A stretch of 64,000 bases of DNA from an uncultured delta proteobacterium (GTDB lineage: Bacteria; Desulfobacterota; Desulfobacteria; Desulfobacterales; JAFDCJ01): positions 288,001 through 352,000 of the forward strand of contig CAVYNY010000013.1 of assembly GCA_963769935.1 (NCBI GenBank), in the 5' to 3' direction. Position 1 is the first letter of the stretch; each line of letters opens with the position of its first letter. The position numbers and the translations under genes are program-made. Below the pieces are notes generated by a model. It worked only from the letters and a program-made list of their open reading frames with translations. It was not told the origin of the DNA and searched no databases. This document shows positions 60,956-64,000 of the stretch, piece by piece.

Positions 60956-61065
60956 TAGTATAGAATTCTGGCCCAGCTTCCGGCCCGCAGGGCCTACAGC
61001 CCGGCTTCCGGCTCGTAGAGCCTACAGCTCGGAGAGAGGGAGGACCAGGTTTTCAATCTTAGAAT
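60956..61065. repeat. 47-bp dispersed repeat, copy 3, interrupted by two nested 32-bp elements
   Basis: tagtatagaattctggccca|...|gaggaccaggttttcaatcttagaat. Confidence 0.75.
60976..61039. mobile_element. Two nested 32-bp GTAG-hairpin micro-elements (copies 2 and 3)
   Basis: Outer 60976-61003 + 61036-61039 (gcttccggcccgcagggcctacagcccg+gagg); inner 61004-61035 (gcttccggctcgtagagcctacagctcggaga). Confidence 0.75.
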
Positions 61066-61076
61066 AGTCGAGGATA

Positions 61077-62369
61077 ATGAAAAATAGCAAATCATCGCCG
61101 CTTCACCTGGCCTGGACCATCTGGGGATTCGGCGCCCTGTTCTACCTGATGGGGTTTTTCCAGCGGGTCGCACCCGCCGTCATGACCGCCGAGCTCATGC
61201 ATGATTTCCACCTCAGCGCCGCCGCCCTGGGCAATCTGTCGGCCTACTATTACTACAGTTATGTGGCCATGCAAATACCTACCGGAATTCTGGCGGATAA
61301 TTGGGGACCGCGGCGTCTCCTGACGACCGGAGCCTTCGTGGCGGCAACCGGTATTTTGCTGTTTGCCATGGCGCCCGACATTTTCTGGGCCAATCTGGGC
61401 CGATTTTTAATCGGCGGTTCCGTGGCCGTTGCCTGGGTGAGTACGCTAAAATTGGCCGGCGCGTGGTTTCCGCCAAAATATTTTGCCGTGCTTTCAGGCA
61501 TCGCTCTGTTTTTCGGTATTGTCGGGGCGGTATTTGCCGGGCCGCCGTTGCGGCTTGTGGTCGTTGCCTTTGGCTGGCGCGCCGTCATGCTGGCCTCAGC
61601 CGGCGTCACCTTTGCCGTCTGTGCCGGCGTTGCCTTAATCGTCAGAGATCACCCTGCTGAAAAAGGCTATGCCGGTTTTAGCGAGCCCGCCCCGGCCGCC
61701 GGCAGCGGTTCGCGCCGTCAGATTATCTCAGGCATTATCGAGGTGCTGCGTTATCCGAATGTCCGGCTGCTGTTTGTAATTGGCGGCGGAATCGTCGGTT
61801 GCGTGCTGACCTTTGGCGGTCTGTGGGGCGTTCCCTTTTTAAGTACCCACCACGGCCTCACCACCACCCAGGCCGCCGCGTTGAATTCGACCCTGCTCGT
61901 GGCCTGGGGCGTCGGCGGACCCGTTTTCGGCGGACTCTCGGATCGAATCGGCCGCCGCAAGCCGCTTTTTGTCGCCGGATGTTTGCTGACGGCCATCGGC
62001 TGGTCGCTGGTATTATTTTTACCACACTTAACGGCACCTGTCCTGGCCGGCCTGTTGTTGATCACCGGTTTCACTTCGGGATGCGTCGTCATCAGTTTTG
62101 CTTTCGCCAGGGAATCCGTGCCGGCCCACCTGGCCGGAACGGTTATCGGCCTGACCAACATGGGATTTATGCTGGGACCCACCCTGCTGCAGCCCGCCGT
62201 AGGCTGGGTGCTGGACCGAAATTGGATCGGTGATTGGTCGAACGGCGTCAAAATTTACAGTCTGCATGCCTACCGCGCCGGCTTTACCCTGCTGATCGTG
62301 TGGGCCCTGCTGTCTTTTGGATTGCTGTTTTTTACCCGGGAAACCTATTGCCGGCCAAAATCAGGTTAG
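61077..62369 (+). CDS. Major facilitator superfamily transporter
   Basis: About 12 TM helices; GILADNWGPRR and GLSDRIGRRK motif A. Confidence 0.92.
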   Translation: MKNSKSSPLHLAWTIWGFGALFYLMGFFQRVAPAVMTAELMHDFHLSAAALGNLSAYYYYSYVAMQIPTGILADNWGPRRLLTTGAFVAATGILLFAMAPDIFWANLGRFLIGGSVAVAWVSTLKLAGAWFPPKYFAVLSGIALFFGIVGAVFAGPPLRLVVVAFGWRAVMLASAGVTFAVCAGVALIVRDHPAEKGYAGFSEPAPAAGSGSRRQIISGIIEVLRYPNVRLLFVIGGGIVGCVLTFGGLWGVPFLSTHHGLTTTQAAALNSTLLVAWGVGGPVFGGLSDRIGRRKPLFVAGCLLTAIGWSLVLFLPHLTAPVLAGLLLITGFTSGCVVISFAFARESVPAHLAGTVIGLTNMGFMLGPTLLQPAVGWVLDRNWIGDWSNGVKIYSLHAYRAGFTLLIVWALLSFGLLFFTRETYCRPKSG

Positions 62370-62642
62370 CCTGGAAAGCTTTAAGTCGTTTCCAACCGGA
62401 ATCTGCAACTGTATCGTGGATGTCGCTTCAGACGAGGCCATTGTATGGATATCCTCTACGTTCGGTATCCGGGAATAGAAAACTTAAAAGTAGCAAGCCG
62501 CCGCGGTTGACAATCCTACCCCGAGTCCATAGCTTATCTTTAATTTTACGGGGAAAATATTCACACCTTCCAAGCAGTACATATCCGACTGTCGTCCCCT
62601 TATAAGCGCCAACGAAACATTTTCATATGAAAGAATAAGCGT

Positions 62643-64000
62643 ATGTCGAAAAGTGACACCCGTGCGGGTGAAATAGACAAGGAAGTTGAATACGAAAACA
62701 GGGAATGGCTCGAATCGCTGGACTACGTCCACGAGAATCAGGGGCCGGACCGCGTCCGGCAGCTGCTGCGCCGCCTGCAGACGCATGCCCAGGAGCGCGG
62801 CATCCAGTTTCATTACACGGCCAACACGCCGTATATCAACACCATCGCCGTTGACCGGGAACAGGTCATGCCCGGCAGCCGTGAAATCGAGCGCCGCATA
62901 AAAAGCATTATTCGCTGGAATGCAATGGCCATGGTGGTGCGGGCCAACCGCCGGCACTCCGGGATCGGCGGCCACATCTCAACCTACGCTTCCTGTGCGA
63001 CCCTGTACGAAATCGGTTTCAATCATTTTTTTCACGCCAAAACCGCCAATCATTACGGTGACATCGTCTATTTTCAGGGGCATGCGGCACCCGGCATCTA
63101 TGCGCGGGCGTTTCTGGAAGGCCGCATCACCGAGAAGCATTTGGAGAATTTTCGCCGGGAACTGCAGGCAGAAGAAGGCCTGTCTTCTTATCCGCACCCC
63201 TACCTCATGCCGCAATTCTGGCAGTTTCCGACGGTTTCCATGGGGCTGTCGCCCATCATGGCCATCTATCAGGCGCGCTTCAACCGCTATCTGGAGGATC
63301 GCGGCCTGGTGAAAACCGGCGATGTAAGGGTCTGGGCATTTCTGGGCGACGGCGAACTGGACGAGCCGGAATCCCTCGGTGCCATTACCCTGGCGTCCCG
63401 CGAAAAACTGGACAACCTGATCTTTGTGATCAACTGCAATCTGCAGCGTCTCGACGGGCCGGTGCGCGGCAACGGCAAAATCATCCAGGAGCTGGAAGCC
63501 GCCTTTCGTGGTGCCGGCTGGAACGTCATCAAGGTTATCTGGGGCAGCGATTGGGATCCGCTGCTGGCGCAGGACGAGTACGGTCTGCTCGTCAGGCGCA
63601 TGGAAGAGGTCCCCGACGGCCAATACCAGATGTATTCGGTCGCCGGGGGCGATTACATTCGCCAAGATTTTTTCGGCAAATACCCTGAACTGGAGCGGAT
63701 GGTTCACAACTACACTGATGAGCAGCTGCAGAAGCTGCGGCGCGGGGGTCACGATCCCCAGAAGGTTTACGCGGCCTACAAGGCGGCTGTGGAGCACAAA
63801 GGCGCCCCGACCGTGATTCTGGCCAAGACCATCAAGGGCTATGGCCTGGGCGAGGCCGGCGAAGGCCGCAACGTGACCCACCAGCAAAAGGCTCTCAACG
63901 AACAGGAACTGCGGCATTTTCGCAGCCGGTTCGGTATTCCCGTTCCCGACTCGGCCATCAATGAAATGCCATTCTACCGGCCGGCGCCCGACAGCGAGGA
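62643..64000 (+). CDS. aceE: Pyruvate dehydrogenase E1, homodimeric type, runs off window
   Basis: Manual translation: REWLESL, TPYINTI, RWNAMAMVVRAN..GGHISTYAS, YPHP.LMP.FWQFPTVSMGL, GDGELDEPES. Confidence 0.93.
   Translation, partial: MSKSDTRAGEIDKEVEYENREWLESLDYVHENQGPDRVRQLLRRLQTHAQERGIQFHYTANTPYINTIAVDREQVMPGSREIERRIKSIIRWNAMAMVVRANRRHSGIGGHISTYASCATLYEIGFNHFFHAKTANHYGDIVYFQGHAAPGIYARAFLEGRITEKHLENFRRELQAEEGLSSYPHPYLMPQFWQFPTVSMGLSPIMAIYQARFNRYLEDRGLVKTGDVRVWAFLGDGELDEPESLGAITLASREKLDNLIFVINCNLQRLDGPVRGNGKIIQELEAAFRGAGWNVIKVIWGSDWDPLLAQDEYGLLVRRMEEVPDGQYQMYSVAGGDYIRQDFFGKYPELERMVHNYTDEQLQKLRRGGHDPQKVYAAYKAAVEHKGAPTVILAKTIKGYGLGEAGEGRNVTHQQKALNEQELRHFRSRFGIPVPDSAINEMPFYRPAPDSE

Noticed and set aside
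60956..61065. Mini CRISPR array (two similar ~30-bp units)
   Set aside because: Units are nested with no spacer, there are only two, and no cas genes are present
62979..63917. 312-aa minus-strand ORF
   Set aside because: Antisense shadow of aceE, which the ORF track misses because it runs off the window

Overview
Bacterial chromosomal segment. Gene content and style point to an anaerobic Desulfobacterales-like deltaproteobacterium (inference). No rRNA, tRNA or CRISPR array was seen. Main blocks: (1) two tandem LIV-type ABC importer clusters with an acyl-CoA ligase and a hydrolase (3.3-16.4 kb); (2) a large polyhydroxyalkanoate (PHA) locus (16.7-32.2 kb) with bdhA, phaJ, an intracellular phaZ, phaR (in-frame TGA), a phasin-like gene and class III phaEC, plus a second divergent PhaC-like/PhaE-like pair, two output-less GAF proteins and a CoA-transferase-GNAT fusion; (3) a trp operon collapsed by deletions (trpE stub, internally deleted trpD, trpC::trpA fusion) that keeps its promoter, WWW leader and attenuator hairpins; (4) lutABC, PilZ/HDOD signalling genes and cysK-nfeD-flotillin; (5) a stretch of gene fragments (44-51.6 kb) with RAYT transposase remnants and a secreted HExxH protein; (6) a sugar uptake/oxidation island; (7) an MFS gene and the start of aceE. 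The intergenic DNA is the most unusual part. A 32-bp GTAG-hairpin unit occurs three times, once nested in itself, with matching empty sites elsewhere in the window. Tandem 7/8/9-mer arrays start at or inside stop codons. The single-base frameshifts clustered at 4.9-25.4 kb are probably sequencing errors.
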